Below are positions 62,973 to 64,000 of a stretch of 64,000 nucleotides of DNA, one piece after another. A program made the position numbers and the translations under genes. The first letter of the stretch is position 1; each line of letters begins with the position of its first letter. The stretch lies in the NCBI GenBank assembly GCA_036785375.1, contig JAWMAR010000612.1, forward strand, positions 1 through 64,000, read 5' to 3'. The notes beneath the pieces were generated by a model, which saw only the letters and a list, made by a program, of their open reading frames with translations, was not told the origin of the DNA and ran no database searches. Source of the DNA: Leucoraja ocellata. Its lineage: Eukaryota.

Positions 62973-63109
62973 TCTTCTTCTTTCGTGTGGCGTGCACAGC
63001 CTAAATTTGTTGGACAACTTGTTCTATTTGATCTTCCGTTTGTGCACGTCGAGTTGATTGCATTAGTCGAAACAGGGCAGACCACGTGAAGGTTTCAATC
63101 TTCCACCCC
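62973..63109 (-). mobile_element. ~137-bp ribozyme-headed non-autonomous retroposon with a (GAA)n tail (Vingi/Ingi- or RTE-like)
   Basis: TSD agtaccctcagct at 62960-62972 and 63110-63122; minus-strand 3' end CACACGAAAGAAGAAG. Confidence 0.85.
63056..63109 (-). ncRNA. Minimal HDV-like (CPEB3-type) self-cleaving ribozyme, 54 nt
   Basis: GGGGTGG AA GATTGAA ACC TTCACGT GGT CTGCCCT G TTTCGA CTAA TGCAATC = P1, J1/2, P2, P3, L3, P3', P1', G, mini-P4, J4/2, P2'. Confidence 0.8.
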
Positions 63110-63599
63110 AGTACCCTCAGCTAAACTATTGACATCAATTAGAATATCTGGGGCCAAACACTGATCACTGTGTGTCACAAAAAACTTGTATTCTCTGGCC
63201 TTGCTTTCTGTCCAGTAAGCAATTCCTGATCCATGTCAGTGTACTCCCCTCAATTCTGTTTGCTTTTACCTTCTGAAAATCCAAACACATCACAATGACT
63301 AGTTTCCCTTGCTACTCACATACTGAAATAACCCAGTGGATCAGTCAAACATGATGTCACCAGCTAGCATTTTATCATTCAATTTCTCCTGTTCCCACCT
63401 ATCCCTTGTGTGTCTTCTAACCTACCATGACTTTCTCTGCACCATTTTATCTCTAACTATTTCCCGTCTTGACCTGAAACATTCACTGTTTCCAGCTCCA
63501 TAGATGCTGTTTGACCTTCTGGATGTTTTATTGGCAGCAATGCGATGATTTGTGATGGGATCATTCCCTGCCTTGATCCTACTGTTATTGGCCCTTGCC

Positions 63600-63850
63600 T
63601 TCCACAAGATCTGTACTACTCTAATCTTGGCTCCATCATATCAACCTATATGACCTTCCCACTGATATCTGGCGGCTGTGCCTTCAGCTGCCAATCTCTG
63701 AAATTCCCCCTCCAAACCTCTTTACCTCCCTTTCCTTTGAGGTGCTAATACAACTTCTATGTCCTCCTGATATCTCCTGAGATACCCTTGTTCAAATGAA
63801 AGTGCTTGGGTTGCTTTACTCCACATTAATGCAGGGGAATGTTATGTATG
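63600..63850 (+). mobile_element. L2 LINE 3' fragment
   Basis: ggcggctgtgccttcagctgcc...aattcccc; aaagtgcttggg tail. Confidence 0.55.
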
Positions 63851-64000
63851 TCCAGCTGCATTTATGAGGGATTTGAACAAAAAAAACCTTCAACAAAGAG
63901 GGTAAATTAAAAAGAAATGCAATGTATAAGAATAGGCTCCATTCAGAATGGAACACATACGATTGTTTCTTTGTATAGCCCAGTGTGGCCAATTTGGTCT

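Overview
Eukaryotic, repeat-dense, non-coding DNA (intronic or intergenic), most likely from a cartilaginous fish such as a skate or ray. That call is inferred from HER1-type CR1 LINE 3' ends, HE1-type V-SINEs and SacSINE1/Deu-type SINEs. I found no convincing host exon, rRNA or intact tRNA gene. The ORFs I could assign are decayed retroelements (CR1, Rex1/Babar, L2, RTE, L1-Tx1, Penelope); the rest look like chance ORFs. Highlights: (1) a ~137-bp retroposon at 62973-63109 (-) with a 13-bp TSD, whose first 54 nt fold as a minimal HDV/CPEB3-like ribozyme starting exactly at the element's 5' end; (2) Penelope-derived hairpin elements with minimal hammerhead motifs, including a tandem pair at 31314-31388; (3) a deleted class III (ERV-L/ERV-S-like) endogenous retrovirus with pol, an env remnant and a 3' LTR at ~3220-5539; (4) non-autonomous DNA elements of the Tc1/mariner, Harbinger, hAT and Helitron types; (5) a perfect palindrome with 84-bp arms at 40746-40916. 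Family assignments come from recalled motifs, not database searches. Boundaries of old repeats are approximate.
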